From the human T2T-CHM13v2.0 reference genome, Homo sapiens: a stretch of 64,000 nt of DNA. This document shows, in pieces, positions 1 to 15,400 of this stretch. A program made the position numbers and the translations under genes. Every line of letters begins with the position of its first letter. Within the stretch, counting starts at the first letter, position 1. The notes under the pieces were generated by a model. The model worked only from the letters and a program-made list of their open reading frames with translations. It was not told the DNA's origin and did no database searches. The stretch lies in the NCBI GenBank assembly GCA_009914755.4, contig CP068257.2:17280001-17344000 (forward strand), written 5' to 3'.

Positions 1-462
1 CTTTAGATGTGGTTGAAAATAAAATATAAATTCAGAAGGAAAATAACTGTTTGAGTGGATACCTTCCTTCTTAGAAAGATTGTGTCCAGTGGTGCTACTT
101 TTTTATGGGAAAGGTGCTTTATATCATCCTTGCCCTCCAAATAGAGAGAGAGAAAGAGCAAATATTTTTAGTAAATCAATAGCTTCCAAACTTCCAGCAC
201 ATCAACTGAGTCCTAAGTAGTATTCGATTTTATACAAGTATTCAAAGAAAGGTTTATTATAAAAGTATAACTATTTATAATTCTATATGTTCTACTAAAA
301 ATGCAACCTTCATATTCCTACTTCTCAGAGGTGTACTAAAAATGTAAAAACTAATTGTGTTGTGATCAGTTACATAAATGTAATATTGCAATGGAAAAGC
401 ACCAGTATATCATTATATTTGAAATATGACAAAATATTTAAGAGGTTATATTTGTTTGCCAG

Positions 463-1152
463 GGCTGCCGTAACAAAATAACTAGGTGGATTAAAAAATG
501 GAATTTTTTTTTTTATTGTTCTGGAGGCTAGCAGTCCGAGATCAAGGTGTCAGCAGGGCTGGTTTCTTCTAAAGCTCTCTCCTTGACTTATAGATGGCTG
601 TCTTCATGTTCATGCTATACACATATGTGTCTGTGTCCTAAATTCCTCATATTAAAACAGGGCCCACCTAATGACCTCATTTTAAGTTAATTATCTATTT
701 AAAAGATGTATCTCCAAGTACATATTCTGAGGTGCCGGGTGTTAGAACTTCAATATATGAAACTTCAGAGGAACACAGTTCAGCCCATAACAGAGTCAAG
801 AGAAGTTACGCCTTATGAGGAAATGTGTACTATCTGGAGTATGCAATTGCCTTTTCCAGCTTCTAGAGGCAGCTTGCATTCCTTGGCTTCTGGTCCCTTC
901 CATCTTAGTGCCAGCAGCAGCAGTGTTCTCCCTGACATAGCATCACTCTGACACTGACTTGTTTGCCTCTGTCCTCCAGATTTAAGGACCCTTGTGGTTA
1001 CACTTAGCCTCCCTGCATAATTTAGAATAATTTTCCTAGTTTAACATCAGCTGATTAGCAGCCTTAATTCCATCTGCTACCTTAATTCCCCTTTATCATG
1101 TAATATAACCTAGTCACAGGTGTCTGGGAATAGAACATAGACATCTTTGGGA
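463..1152 (+). mobile_element. Ancient LTR-like interspersed repeat, MaLR-like family (TG...CA termini, THE1/MST-like organisation). Composite of two partial copies, 463-794 and about 840-1152.
   Basis: Starts with ctgccgtaacaaaataactaggtggattaaaaa...ttctggaggctagcagtccgagatcaaggtgtcagcagggctgg. Ends with ...cttcaatatatgaaacttcagaggaacacagttcagcccataacag. The second part, gccttttccagcttctagaggcagcttgcattccttggc...aaggacccttgtggttacac...ccatctgctaccttaattcccctttatcatgtaa...catctttggg, matches a second consensus of the same family that I recall. Related copies occur at 21151 and 31476. Family name not asserted. Confidence 0.55.
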
Positions 1153-2714
1153 GAAGAGAAATTACTCTGACTATCACACTTACTAACTGAAATAATAAAA
1201 ATCAGTCTTCTGTATTGAGATTTAGAGCCATCCAGGACCCCAGTCTCTGACAAATATTTTTGCTTTGGGGCTTGGAATAAGAATATTAATGACACAAGCT
1301 TCATAAAAATCTATTCTTAAAAGAAGATTATCTTAAAGGTTACTCCATCAAAATGATGAATCAAATCGTATAACTAATTTCAAACTGATATATAGCTTCC
1401 ATTTGAATTCCCATCAAAAGTAGGCACTTAAGTAACCCTTGATCAGGCAGTTTATGTGGTAGATATTGCTAGGAAGTACAAGCAAGGCACATGGGATTGT
1501 GATACGTGAAAAAAGGAAAGTAATAACAGGTTCATTAACTAATAGCAATATTAAAAGCAACTAGGGCTCACTCATGCTGTGAGCCTTTTGCAAACTATGT
1601 AACCCACATCGGAATGTTTTCTTAAGAAGCCAGGGAAGCTGCCTGTTTTCTTCTGACTCTTGTCTTTTATTGTTTGACTATTGACCCTAGGAGACTGAAC
1701 AAAATCACAATTCCAGGTTGCACCTGAGTATGGCAAAGTGTGGTTTTGTCATGCTTGAGAAAGGCCTCAGTCAGAGGAGCAGAGAGATATACAGGTAATT
1801 AATGTAGGAAGCTGTTGGCATGCAGGAAACTGTGTGCAAAAGTTGCAAGTGAATCCAGAAGTGTTCTCGGCAGATATGCGTGAGCAACTCTACGACTCAC
1901 TTCTTGTTCATTTTAATCTGTACATGTCCTATACCAATCACACTCTGTTACTTCAGAGTAATTGCCACAATTTCTATGAAAGCCGTAAAATGAAAGCTTA
2001 GTGAAACCAGCTACAGTCTGTGTTGTTCTGGCTGATTCTGATGCCATAATAAATGTACATCATTCTCCCTCTCTACCTCCCATTCTATATTCCCAGATCC
2101 TTGACTAGCAGTTCTGAACACCTTGCCTGTACCCAAGCCCTGCTTATAATGCTGGGACTGCAATTGCTCTTTGCTGCTATCATCAGGCATGGACACACTA
2201 TGAAGCACTGAAGTGAGGGTCTCATATTCAGATCTACTGCTTCTTGCCCCTCAGTAGGTTGTGACAACTTTAGCCCTATGTAATAATTACTGCTGAGAAC
2301 CTAGTAGCTCCTTTATTTGGCTTGATATTTTTGATATACATGAGGGCCAAAATTGCTAGATGGCAGTCATGGTTTTAGGATAAGAAATATTCTGATTTTA
2401 TGGATGGTCATAGAGTCTTTTATCTACAATCCACCCCACACAGGGACCATGACATTTAACCCTTCAGAGACTAAAATTGCAAGGTTAGGTGGCCTAAACT
2501 TCTCCAAAGGGTCAAGAATGATAATGAATACTGTTAATGCTACCTTCACCCTTTCTTTCATTTTGCGTTTTAGCTACTGGGGACATGTGATGTATACTCC
2601 ATTCCAGAGGACAGATTGGCAGCCCTACAAAGTGCCATCTCCAGGCTGACATCCTAGCTAAAAAGTCATTCCACATTCTATCAATTAGGCCACTAACTTT
2701 TGGGTGATATGTAA

Positions 2715-2751
2715 AGATATAGATATAGATATAGATATAGATATAGATATA
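2715..2751. repeat. (GATATA)n hexanucleotide microsatellite, about 6 units
   Basis: Direct read: gatatagatatagatatagatatagatatagatatat. Confidence 0.9.
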
Positions 2752-5700
2752 TTGGTTATAATGGTTTCACTTTTTATGCATCCAGTGTCAAAATTATTAG
2801 CTACAAAAGGATCCTTTGGTCCAAAGGGAAGTTTTGCAGAATTCCAGCCACTCAGAAAGCCCTGGCAGAGGCATCGTGGGCAGAAGAGGCAAAACCACAT
2901 GCAATATACGTATGAATCACAAAAAGATGAGTTATTGCCTTCTCCAGGATGAAAGGGGTTTTAAGTAATTAACTAGACATCAAGTGGATGGTCTCTTCAA
3001 AGAATGGTACCATATTGAGAGTTGGGGCAGTCTCCAATACTGGACAGGTCAGATATTCAGCAGTGGGAATAATTTTATCAGTCTCGATGTAAGAAGAAGC
3101 ACATGAGGGGATGCAATGCTAGTACAGTCATTCATAACCTCCAAACCAGCCACCAAGGGTTCACTGTAGGAGGATAGGGTGGCTGAGGACAAATGCTGGC
3201 TGGTGTACTTTTAATGCACCATTATTTCCATTTGGTTTTTGGTGGCTCTGTGCAGTAGTTACTCTTTGGTGGGTGGTGATAGGATACACCAAGATCCGAG
3301 TGCTTTTGGTGCCTTCCCCTGGTCCATTCTCATTCCACTTTCACAGACATTATTGTTTTCAAACTTGCTCCTCTCAGGTACTTGGTTATTCAGCCATGTC
3401 ATGGCCAGTACCCATTCATAACTCAGAAAAACAACTAGAAATTGATAGGTTGGGTCTAGGAAGATTCACGTGTATTTATGTTCTTTAGTTAGTAGAGAAC
3501 AATGAGTAATTTTCTTTTTTGAATGTAGATAATAACTTGGAAACATCTACTTTTCCCCATTGGCTATTAAAGAGATATTTATTAGAATAGTTGAAGCCCA
3601 AAGCCTCACACTAGAAAACTACTAAGGTAAAATACATGAATTTACATAATATGTACTCTACAAATAATATTAACTCTAATTATTTTAAGAAAAAGTATAT
3701 GAGAAAAGGATTGGGAAGCCCTGTTACACAAATATGAAATATGCATAACCTAAGCACAAAACATTGATTCCCATTAAATTAAAACAACTATCTAAACATA
3801 TATGTAATTTCCATTTAGATAAAATGTACAGAACAGGCAAAACCATAAAGGCAGAAAGTAGACTAGTGGTTGCCTAGGAATGGGGCTGCATGGAGTGGTG
3901 TGAGAAGTGGGGAGTGTAACAGGGAATCATTGCTAATGAATGCATGCAAGGTTTATTTTGGGAAACAGTTCATGTTAATGCTCATACAACTTTGTAAATA
4001 TAGTAAGAACCATTGCATTTTATGCTTTAAGTGGAGGGATTTTATACATGTAAATTATATCCCAAAAAGGCTGTTAAAAATGAAAGTAGAGTAACCAAAT
4101 ATGTGTCCCATAATATGAAAGGCTCAATTATTAAATACCTCCCTTTTACAACGGAGGTGGGAAGGGGATAGAGCATGACATATTGGGATATACCTGGTTT
4201 TCTTTGCTCCTGCTTATAATACTGAGAGGGCATTAGGGCCAGACCTGATATTTGATGGAAAGGCTAAGCATGTTCCATTAGGATGTTAACATAGGTTGTT
4301 AATTTTAGGAGATTAAGTGTTACACTTCTTGCTTTGTTAGATAAATTGAACCACAGCAAATTTTACAAACATAATTTGTCCATATTTTCATAATAAACTC
4401 TATGTAAACATCAGTTTTCTTGTTCCTTTAAAAACAAAATAATTCATATCAAACTGTCTTGAATAAGAAAGGCAAACCAGTCACAAGTCCACAATATTAA
4501 AGCAAAAGTAAAGTGATGAATTTTCTGCTTAATTTTCAAGTTCAGGATCTTCAAAAGTTAGTTTCTAAAGGGTACAGCAATGCTGTTTGTGTCAAATAAC
4601 TAGCTCATCAGCTGAATAGTCCACACCAACTTTCCAACAAAACACACATCACCTATACTCAATTTGTGGCATCCAGTGTGAAATGATGTTAAATCTTTGC
4701 AGAAAGTTTTCTCTGATCTTTGTCAAAATCCAGATATGTTTATTCTCTTAATTAAAGTATCTAATTATATCCAAAAATATCAGACTTCATCATCTGATGG
4801 TAAATCCTTGTCATGAAATATCTTATTCTTTTCTTCATTATACATGGTTTCTTTTCTTTGTTTTATTTTGTTTTGCATATGCTTCTATGTCCAGTCAATA
4901 TTAGTTTCTCTATTTTGTAATCCTTTCTAGTTTAGGACCATTGTCATGGCTGACAGCTTTGAGCTTAATGCATTTCAGTCTTCGCTTCTGCAACTGTTCC
5001 CGGAAAAGTCAGAGAACATCCAAGTATTGCCAAATCCTTTGTTCACTCTAAATTTATTTTTCACAGACATAATGTCACTGAAATCTGAGTTAAATAAATC
5101 AGCTTTCATGAATTACACTTTTATTAATCAATTACTCCAACCTGGCAATTGTTGCAGCAGAAACTTCAACAAGAAGAGCAACTCCCAGAATATTAAAAAT
5201 GATATTTTTTGAGTCATTTTGGGCCCTTGATCAATACTACTTGGTCTGTAATTTTTCATTGAAAGGTAGATATTTTATATTATTTATAGTTTATGCCAAG
5301 TGACTTAACATATTTGTTATGCGTTGACTATTTTTCAGTGTCAGAAATAATTTCAAGAAAGAAGGATAAATTTTAGTAAAAAGTATGTATGTGCAAATAT
5401 GTCACATAAAAGACATAAGAAAAATACTACTTAGATGTAGAGGTAGATGTGTTAAATTCTAATAATTTTGGAGAAATCCAAGAACACTTTATAAAAGATA
5501 CAGAATCGTATTATTTCTTCAATGTAAGCAGCATTCCAGCTGTAAGAACAATAATGAGCAAAAACATACAGGCAAAAATACTCAGAGAATGATGAATACA
5601 GCCAATAGCAAAACCATATCCTTCCTTTGTACTTGTAATCTGATTTCAGATTAAAAATATGTATGTTGAGCTCAGTTTGTAGAGTTGTTTAACCTCAGTT

Positions 5701-6393
5701 TGTAGGAATCCTCATGCAAGACTGCTCAAAACATAAAATCTTTGATTGAGAACACTCCTTCAGTCTGGCTGTCTTTTTCAGAGCCACGCTGCAATCTGAG
5801 GCTCTTCCTATTCAATCTTCCTCCTTTCTTTCTCTCCTTTCCAAGGTGACTGAAGGCTCACCACATCTGTTCCTGTTTCTTAACTCTTTCATCCTTCACA
5901 CGTATTTACTGTAATAAACCTGGTACATGTCTAATTCAATCTTCATGATTGCTTCGAAGGGTGACCAAACTGACATAGCACGCCCCTAGTCTTCCTTTCC
6001 AATTTCCCTTAACACTGACCTTTTCCCAGTCGTCCCAGGCAACTGAATGCCTCTTTGTCTTGTTAACTGCTATTTCTTCTGCCTGAGATTCCATTTTTAC
6101 ATTCTGGTAGTTTTAGTCAAAGTATATTCATCTTGATTGTGATTTTTGTGATAACATAATTCAACAAGACATTCTCTCACCTTTTTACCAAAATATGTAA
6201 ACCTCAGAGAGTTATCTATAAAAGTCTGTATTCCTTAATGGTACAAATTTAGAAATGGAAACTGTAAGTTATATCACTTTGGGCTTGAACATTTTTATAT
6301 GAATCAGTATACATGACCTTTTGGGGATGAAGACTGTTATTAGTAATAACTAGCGTGTGAAAGGCATGGACTTAAAATATATTTATGTAAGTT

Positions 6394-6492
6394 CTTCCTC
6401 CCTCCCTCCCTCTCTTTTTTCCTTCCTTCCTCCCTCCCTCCCTCCTTCCTTTCCTTTCTCCCTCCCTCCCTCCCCTCCTTCCTTGCTTTCTC
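6394..6492. repeat. About 100-bp polypyrimidine tract, (TCCC)n/(CCTT)n on + and (GGGA)n/(GGAA)n on -
   Basis: cctccctccctccctctcttttttccttccttcctccctccctccctccttcctttcctttctccctccctccctcccctccttcc. It is nearly pure C/T on the + strand. Confidence 0.9.
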
Positions 6493-6934
6493 AGTGGTAT
6501 GGGAGAAAGAATAGAGAGTAGGAAGACCAGGAAAGACAAAGCCATGATGCCTAAGGGAGAGACTGGCCTGAGTAGGTTATTATTAGAGAGACCTATGCAC
6601 AAACAAGGTATACCAATAATATGCACATCAGCAGGGTATTGATGAAGAAATCAAAAAGATAGAAGGAAAAATAATTATAAGAGATATTCATTATACTTTC
6701 TTATTTTCTAGAGATCTAACACTAACCTTAGAAACTTGATTTGGTCATGGCTGCCCATTCAACAAAAGGAATATTATTTCTACATAATACAACCTTCCTG
6801 AGCATATACTTTCAAAAGGCCTGAAGCATTCCTTCAGGCATTCTGGAAAGGGGTTTCTGAGGAAAGTGAAAGGAAAGACAAGGTTGCAATGTTAATATCT
6901 AGACTTTTTGAAGACATAGTATGGTAACTTCGGG

Positions 6935-6956
6935 GTGTGTGTGTGTGTGTGTGTGT
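6935..6956. repeat. (GT)11 microsatellite
   Basis: gggtgtgtgtgtgtgtgtgtgtgtag. Confidence 0.9.
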
Positions 6957-7000
6957 AGTTTCTTTTCTACCAGAAACTCATTATAGAAGGCATATTGCAG

Positions 7001-7319
<319 letters not shown>

Positions 7320-10300
7320 TTAGGGATAGGGTAGCTAGATCATGATGTTTTAGCAATTTGCCGAAGGAAAGTTAGAATATTAGAAATCAATGAGTAGATA
7401 AAAACTGTATTTAATGTGCCATGAGAATACGACATGCTGCAGTATTATTTTGCAAAAAAAAAATTTTGCTTCATATAATTTTTGAAATAAACTCATACAT
7501 CATTAATATATTTAACTCTATATATACATACTTTTAAGAAATATGCCTGCACACTTACACATTTTATATCATCTCCCAAGTTGGCAGTTGCCATGAGATG
7601 CTTGGAAAATCATGGTTTAATACTCAACACCATTGAAATGACGTTGTATCCCTGATAAATGGATGCATTAAGACTCTACCCAACAGGGTTGCATTTCCCA
7701 CCTGCATTTTGACCAGTTTCCTTAATGACCTTGCCAGCTGATACAAATTGCTTTTTGGAGGGAGCCCAGAGGAGTGATAGCAAGCTTGAAGGTTTTGCTA
7801 CATGTTACACTAGATGGCTTTTAATGGTGAAAAAAGTGGCAAATTCTGACATATTAGAAATGCCTCTTTATCTGGACAGTAGAGAACAGCACCTCTTCTT
7901 TTAAGTATCAGGGAAGGGGTGTTATTTAAAAAGAGATATGCTAAATAAAATACACTAATGAAAATGATGTGCCACTTTTTCTAGTATTTGTATTGTGACC
8001 TCTGTATAGGCTGTCCCCATTGTGATCACTTACACTTAACTAATCCAATATATTGTCTATTGTTTTCAACATAAAAACAGTATGTATTTCCAAGACAGGA
8101 GATGTTTCAATCTCATAATTAGGCATGCAAAATATTATCTTCAAATCATATGCATGAGGTCCAGGGAACAGCTGAAGATCACTGCTCCTCTTAGGTTTGT
8201 AAAGAAACATAATTTTGTGGTGTTCCAAAGTGACTTCATAATTTTGTCATGTAATCTCCTATTTTGACTTGAAAATCTATTATAAATAAAGTGATAAAGT
8301 AAAAAAACATCGGTAGCAGGAACAAGATAAAGCTAATTTGGCATTAACAACCAATTTTCATATTAATATAATTTACTTTTATATGTATCATATCAAATAT
8401 AATTAAGATGTTCCAGGTCTGCTTAACGTATGAATGACTTACTGAATAGATATAAATGCCAAATAAAGCATTAGCTGATTTTATTTTAATGTAGACTCAC
8501 ACGCACATACACCCACACGTGCACACACATGTACATACACACACGATGTTAATTTATTTATCCTACATGACGCTGGAAATTATTCAGTCTTTTAAAATGT
8601 ATTTACACAACAAATTTACATTGTTTTATCCAGATTCTATGTATATTATACATTTTTTGTCATGTACAGTCTGTTTTTTATTTCTCTATTTTTTGGCAGT
8701 CTCAGAAAATAAATGCCATCTTTACACGTACATGTATTCATCATTCCTCACCCACTCCACCAACACACAATCCCAAGAGAACAAAAAAGATGTGAAAATG
8801 AAAGTAACAGAGTGTATTACATTCCTATGAGTAACTGAAATATCTTAAAAAATAAATTGGACAGCAAAATGAAAAATGTAGAAACAGACCTAATGTTTTA
8901 AAATACAACAATCAAATGTGTAAAGGTATGATTCACTTGGGAAACATCGCATGCAATTTAAATAAAGTTTAACAAAACACTTGAGACAATAAGTTGCTTT
9001 CTGTTCAAGGAAATTTACCTTTTACCAGCCTGGCATAATGTCATCTGGCAAAATGTACCCCATTGGTATTTCCTGGAATACTTCTTTCCCCTAGAGATTC
9101 TATCAGAGTATTCTATAGTCAAACATGCATAGAAAACAGAACTATATAGAAACAAAAATACCCCCTTTAAGTCCAGACTATCACTACAGAGTATCAACAC
9201 AGAGTTACAGTATAAAGTTAGAGTTATTCAAACCCCAATTGATCGATATATTCATTTCACTCACTTGATCTAAACAGATTGAAACTTTCACAGTAAAGAT
9301 CCAATTTTACCTATCAATCATTGTGGCATAGGCTGTGACCAAAATTATGGGTCCAGTAGCCATTTTCAATGTAGCTCAAACATTTGGTTTCTGTGAGTAA
9401 GATATAATACAGCTAGAAAATTATAAATTGCTTTTCATTGGTTTGATGCATGAGCAGGTAGGCAATATCATAAAACTGTCTATTTCATGTGGTTAATATT
9501 TTTTGTTTCTGTAAACATTAATTCACACTTCTTTGGAAAGTTTTGCTAACAGAGAAAGAAACTAATGAAACTACTGATGGTGTCATAACTTTTTTCTAGC
9601 ACCTTTTGTTGGAACATAAATATGGGTTGACATTTCTTTCATTTCCACATAAACCTGTGAAGGTTATCAAAAAACCCAAAGATGATAGGTTTAAAATTAC
9701 AGTGAAGATGGGTTAATTAGTTGGAACATCATCTTGATAGGAAATTCATACCCACTCATTTGGAATTCATGTACAATTTTTGTTATGAAAGGAGGGAAAA
9801 AGTCAAAGCGCCATGGATGCCTGACAAACAACAGAGTCCTTCTCTACAAGGCTGACCTTTTTTAAAGTTTATACTTCCATTGTATGTGATGATTATAACA
9901 AGTGTTACTGTGTTCTGGCTTCTTTGTATTCAAGAATTGCAGTGGAACATTTAGATACATTGTTGGACCTCTGAAAGAACTCAAATTTTCAATCAGATAG
10001 AAATTTATATAAAATTGTACTTTAGAGATCCTTAGACACCATTTTATTTTTATAAATATTAAGATTCAGAGAAAAGGAAGCTCAGAAATGGGGTGTAAAA
10101 AATTCTAAAGAGATGATATAAATTATTATCTCAAACTCCAAATCAGCTTCCATGGCTTAGCAATAAATGCCTTCACTTTTCTCTCCTTCACATCAGGCTT
10201 CAATATTCTTTTCTAAGGAAAACTTGTTTTCAGTCATCCTTAGTCTCAACAGGGGTTGCAAATTGAAAGAGAGGTACTAGGTTTTGAAGCACAGTTGCTT

Positions 10301-12164
10301 TTTTAGTCATGAAAGAAAAAGAAGAGAATTGCTAATAAAGATAAAATTTAAAGTAAAGATGATATGTTTTAAAATAAAGAGTATTCAAAATGAAAATTGG
10401 CATTGCCTGCATTTACATTTTATGCTATTTTTCTTTTGATATAAGAAAGCAAAAATTTTCAATTTTTTTAATTTTTATGAAAATAACTCCCTGTCTAAAC
10501 ATTTTCACCTATATAAACATGTGTAGCCCATTCTAATTCGAGTACATATATATTTATTCAAATAAATATAAAATTATATATTATATATAGTTAAAATATT
10601 TTTATTATTATTCAGAAGCAATTTACAGAGCTTCTATTATGTCCAGGCATCATACAAGGTGTGTTGATATTAGGTGAATAAAATCAGACCTGGACCTTGC
10701 CTTCAAGTAGAGGAGAAAATATGTTACCTATTAACTATAACAGAAAGCAATATGGTACCATGAGCATATGCAAGAAGAGGATATAATATAGTTGATTTCC
10801 TGAGGAAATGCGATTTGAGATGGAATCCAGAGGTTGCATAGTAATTAAACAACTCAAAGCAAATAAAATTGAAGAATCCCTATAAATATTATAAGCAAGA
10901 TTAGTGCATGTGAAAATCTTTTAACAGGATGTTGTAAGACACAGTCAAATGTGAACAAAGTTCAGTATGGAAAGAGAGAAGCAGGTTGTAAAAGCAACTG
11001 TTAATTTCTAACCAAAATATGTCATTCTTCTTCACACACATTCTGTCATGTTTCACACACAGCAATTTCCTGTCTTACCTTACAATCATGTATGGCCACA
11101 TGACTGAACTTTAGCCAATGAAAAATGGATGGAATTTATATGTACTGATTCCAAGTGGGGTCTAGTAAACTTTCCTCTCCTGCTTCTCCAGACTGGTTGC
11201 CTTTCCACTAACTGGTTGGAGATGACCATAATGACTTTGAGCATTACGTGTTGAGATAGGCAAAGTATCCATCTGCTTCTCTTACTAAGTGACAACATGG
11301 AGTAGTATTTCTAAATCATTGGTGTGCGACAGAATCATCCACAAAATTAGTAAATCACAGATTATTAGGCTCTGCCCCAGAATTTCTTGTACATTAGGTC
11401 TAAGAAAGATCTGAGAATGTGTGTTCATAACAAGTTCCCAGGTAATAATAATGCTGTTGGTCAATGAACCACAGTTTGAGAACCATTTGCGTACAGCAGA
11501 GTACTTCCTCTCTCCTAAGAAAAATCCTGAATATTATTGAGTGTGTAAGAGAAACAGTTTATCTCTTTTTTATTGTATATATTTGTCTTGCTTGTTAAAA
11601 AGGAAACGTTACCTGAATTATCAATATGGAACTTCACGTAATATAAAATGGATAGTCTTCTTTGTAAAGATGCCTATTCTCCAATCACTACCACTGCTTT
11701 ACACAGTCAGCATGTGACTCAGTTCTGATTAATGTTAGGAAAGAGGGAATTTGTTGTGAATGATTAGAAACTTTTTTTAAATTGCACATCCACATGACAG
11801 GTATTGTGGAGGTGGTCAGTTTCTGCCTTGTCTGAAGCCAGTGCCTAGACCTCCTGCAGCCACTTTGTGATAATGAGAAAAGACAAAACGAGGGCAAAGC
11901 CATGTCAATAAGTGTGACAAAGCTGCTCTTCAGAAGGGAAATCTTGCCCAGAATAATGGAATGGAGACCAGAGGCACTAACATTAGAAACCAAAACAATT
12001 CAAGGGTTGTGCTAGACGGCAATATTTCAGTGCTTCTTATCCTATTAGTTAAAAACTGTATGCATTATTATATATATGTGTGTGTGTATGCATATGTATG
12101 TTACTTTTATATATACATACTTATATATATGTTACTTTTAAGTTGCTTCTATAAATAAAATCAA

Positions 12165-12496
<332 letters not shown>

Positions 12497-15400
12497 TTAT
12501 GTAGTTTATTCAGATGAGTACTCAATTTTTTCTTCCATGAGTAGTTACGTAAAATTTTTTCAGGGCTGCTAGAGCTGAGAAATTAATCACTCCAGCTCCA
12601 GCTGACTAAGAATAACTCATATTACTAATATCTTATAATAATTTAACTTATCTTGCAATATTTACTCTAAGGTATGTAACTTCAATTTTGCTACTATTTG
12701 AGGCATAAAATGCCATTACTTCTATTTCAAATCACTAATTTTATAGAGAGTTTCATGAATAATAGTAAAAACAAGTTATTCTTAATATATTAGAGAGCTG
12801 TAAGATTTGCATTATTGACAAGGAACTTAAATGAAAAATCTTGACTTGAGCTTTAAGAAATTATTCATCAGTTAAATCGGTTTTTCCAGAGTAAGTAACA
12901 TAATTTATACAAACATGCTTGATACAAAGTACATGGGCAAAGTCTAAAGGCATTTCTGAAAGGAAAAAATAAATAAAAGTAAAAGAAGATAAGCTCGAGA
13001 TAATTAAACTTCAGTGTTAATAAATCTAAAATTTTCAGTTATTCAATTTATTAATTATTAAGATCATGAATTACTAATTCTCTTTTTTCTTACAATAGAT
13101 GGCATTTTCTTCCTTTTACCAAAAATCAACTCATTCATTTTTTTCTCTCGATCCCAGTCTTTCTCTTTCTCCGGAATTTGTAAATATTCCTTATTTCTAC
13201 TAGGTGTTCAACCTCACTCTCTTACCTGTTTTTATCCTATAATCACTTAAAGTTCCTAGCTTTCCCATCCAAAAGTGAGAAAAGAAAAAATGCATCAACA
13301 ACAGTCTGAACAATTCATTCACTCTCTCTTAGTACCTCATCTTTCTCTTCCTTTATATAGCCAGACTTACTTGAAAGTGAATATCAACATTAAAAAGGCA
13401 AATGACTACAACAGGCAACTTATTATGTCAACTGTGATGGCCTCCAAATTTCTATTTTACTTGTATACTTTTTATGTAAGCTTAGTTTTGATTATTAATC
13501 GTGTATCAATATATTTTTCTTTCTTGAAGTCATATTCTTTCTTCACCTCTCTTAATATTAGTGGAGCTTTTAATGTATCTTTAATTTGTCTGGTTTTGTT
13601 AGAGGCAGTGGGTGAAGAAATATTTTTACCTCTTAATTTTCCAATAAGGAAACAAGACCGTGAACAATATGCAAAATAGCAAGTGATATCCAACTCGGTG
13701 TCAAGGAGATTGCAAAGAACAGTTGGCACAGAAGCAAATTCTAGAGCAGTCCAACTCAAAATCACATTTGTGGACTTTGCTGACATAGACACACTTTGTC
13801 AGTGGTGCTCACAGAAATAAGTATAGAAATCATGAATAGACTTTTATCTTATCTCTTTACTGATTGACAGTTTTAAAGAGCTCTATGTGATTATCTCATT
13901 GTGAACCAATATGAAAACCAGACCCGACTCAGAGAAACAATTTCCAAAGAACACTATCTATTGAACAGAGACAGCAGGTATTCATTTGTAGCCGTTCTTA
14001 TTGTCTATGGTGTAATGTGAGATAATGCGTTATTGAATTATGAGATTTTTCAAGAAAAGCCAAGGAGCTGAAAGTTTATATAAAATAATTTCACGTTTAA
14101 TATTGTTAACTAATGCCATTGAAATAAAAGACTCATCATAGCGGGTTAAATGTGTTCTATAGTGCCTTTATGGTAAACAATCTTTCTCTCAATTTTCTCG
14201 CCTCCTATTCCAGTATCAAAATACTCCAAATTGTATTGTGTTTTTACATTCTAAGATTGTTCTCACTAACATCATCATTAATCTTCATGTGGCTAAATAT
14301 AGTAAATATATTTTTAAATTCACCATATTCTTTACCTTAGCAGAATAGGGCACCCTTAACCTGTACTAACTACTTGAAGTATTTTTTTTCCTTCAGGTTT
14401 CCTTCCATGTCTCCAGGAGTTCCTTTTCAACTATATTTATTGCCTTTTTTTCTCCAAGTTTACTTTTAAATGTTGGAGTAAATCAACTCTCTTCCTACAT
14501 TAGAATCTCATCTAAGAAGTCTCATGTTTTCTTATGACTTAATTTACCATCTGATGCAGACAGGACACATATTATATCAGAAGCCCAGATTGACATTTCT
14601 TGCATATACTAAATGCCTTTCATAAATATCATCTCCAATATATTTTATTAGTCATTAACTCTTACTTATTCCAACTCCTAGATATTGCTGATTTCAATCT
14701 AGCTTGATATACCTTTATCGTCCTTATCTAAAACAAGCTGTATTGTAAACACCCTTACTGATTACATTACCAGTAAGAAATCCAGTGAATGTATTGCCCA
14801 CTTTTAATATCTTATACACAGCACAGCCAGAATAGTTTTGTTGAAAACACTCATGTGAATTAGGAAATTTGCTCTTAACATCGTTCAGTCTTCCCCTTTT
14901 CCCTTTAGAGAAACAGGAAGCACTAGCCTCCATTTCCTTACGTATTTCTCTTCAGACTTGTTTTGTGCCTTTTTCTCACTTGTCGTTTAAGATCCATCCA
15001 ATGCTTGGCTTCTTTTATTTTCTCAAATGTATTTTTCGATTTCCTACCTCAGTCATTTTACTTTACCATTTTTTTGTCTTGAAATGTTCTTTTCACTTCT
15101 TCAGTTAACTCCAGCTTTTTTTTTCCGCCAAGAATCTTTCCTTCTCACTCACTCCATTTTCAAGACTTGTTGAAGTCCATGGCTTCTACATTCCAGTAGC
15201 TGCTTGGGTTTCCTCTCGATGACACTTGCATTCATTTATTCACATCTATTTTCCTCATTGCACTGTAATCTCCATGCAGGCAGCCATTGCACTGGTTTTC
15301 TCTTTCACAGCTTGAATTTTCTCCTACATAGTGTATGTCACACATATATCTGTAAAATGCATGAATAGATGTTTCCAAATTTGGGTGGAGGTGAAGCTAC

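Noticed and set aside
13275-13792. Overlapping 134-aa (+) and 106-aa (-) ORFs
   Set aside because: The region is AT-rich and low-complexity, and the peptides are rich in Phe/Leu/Ile/Ser/Lys. ORFs on both strands of the same segment point to stop-codon depletion by composition, not coding.
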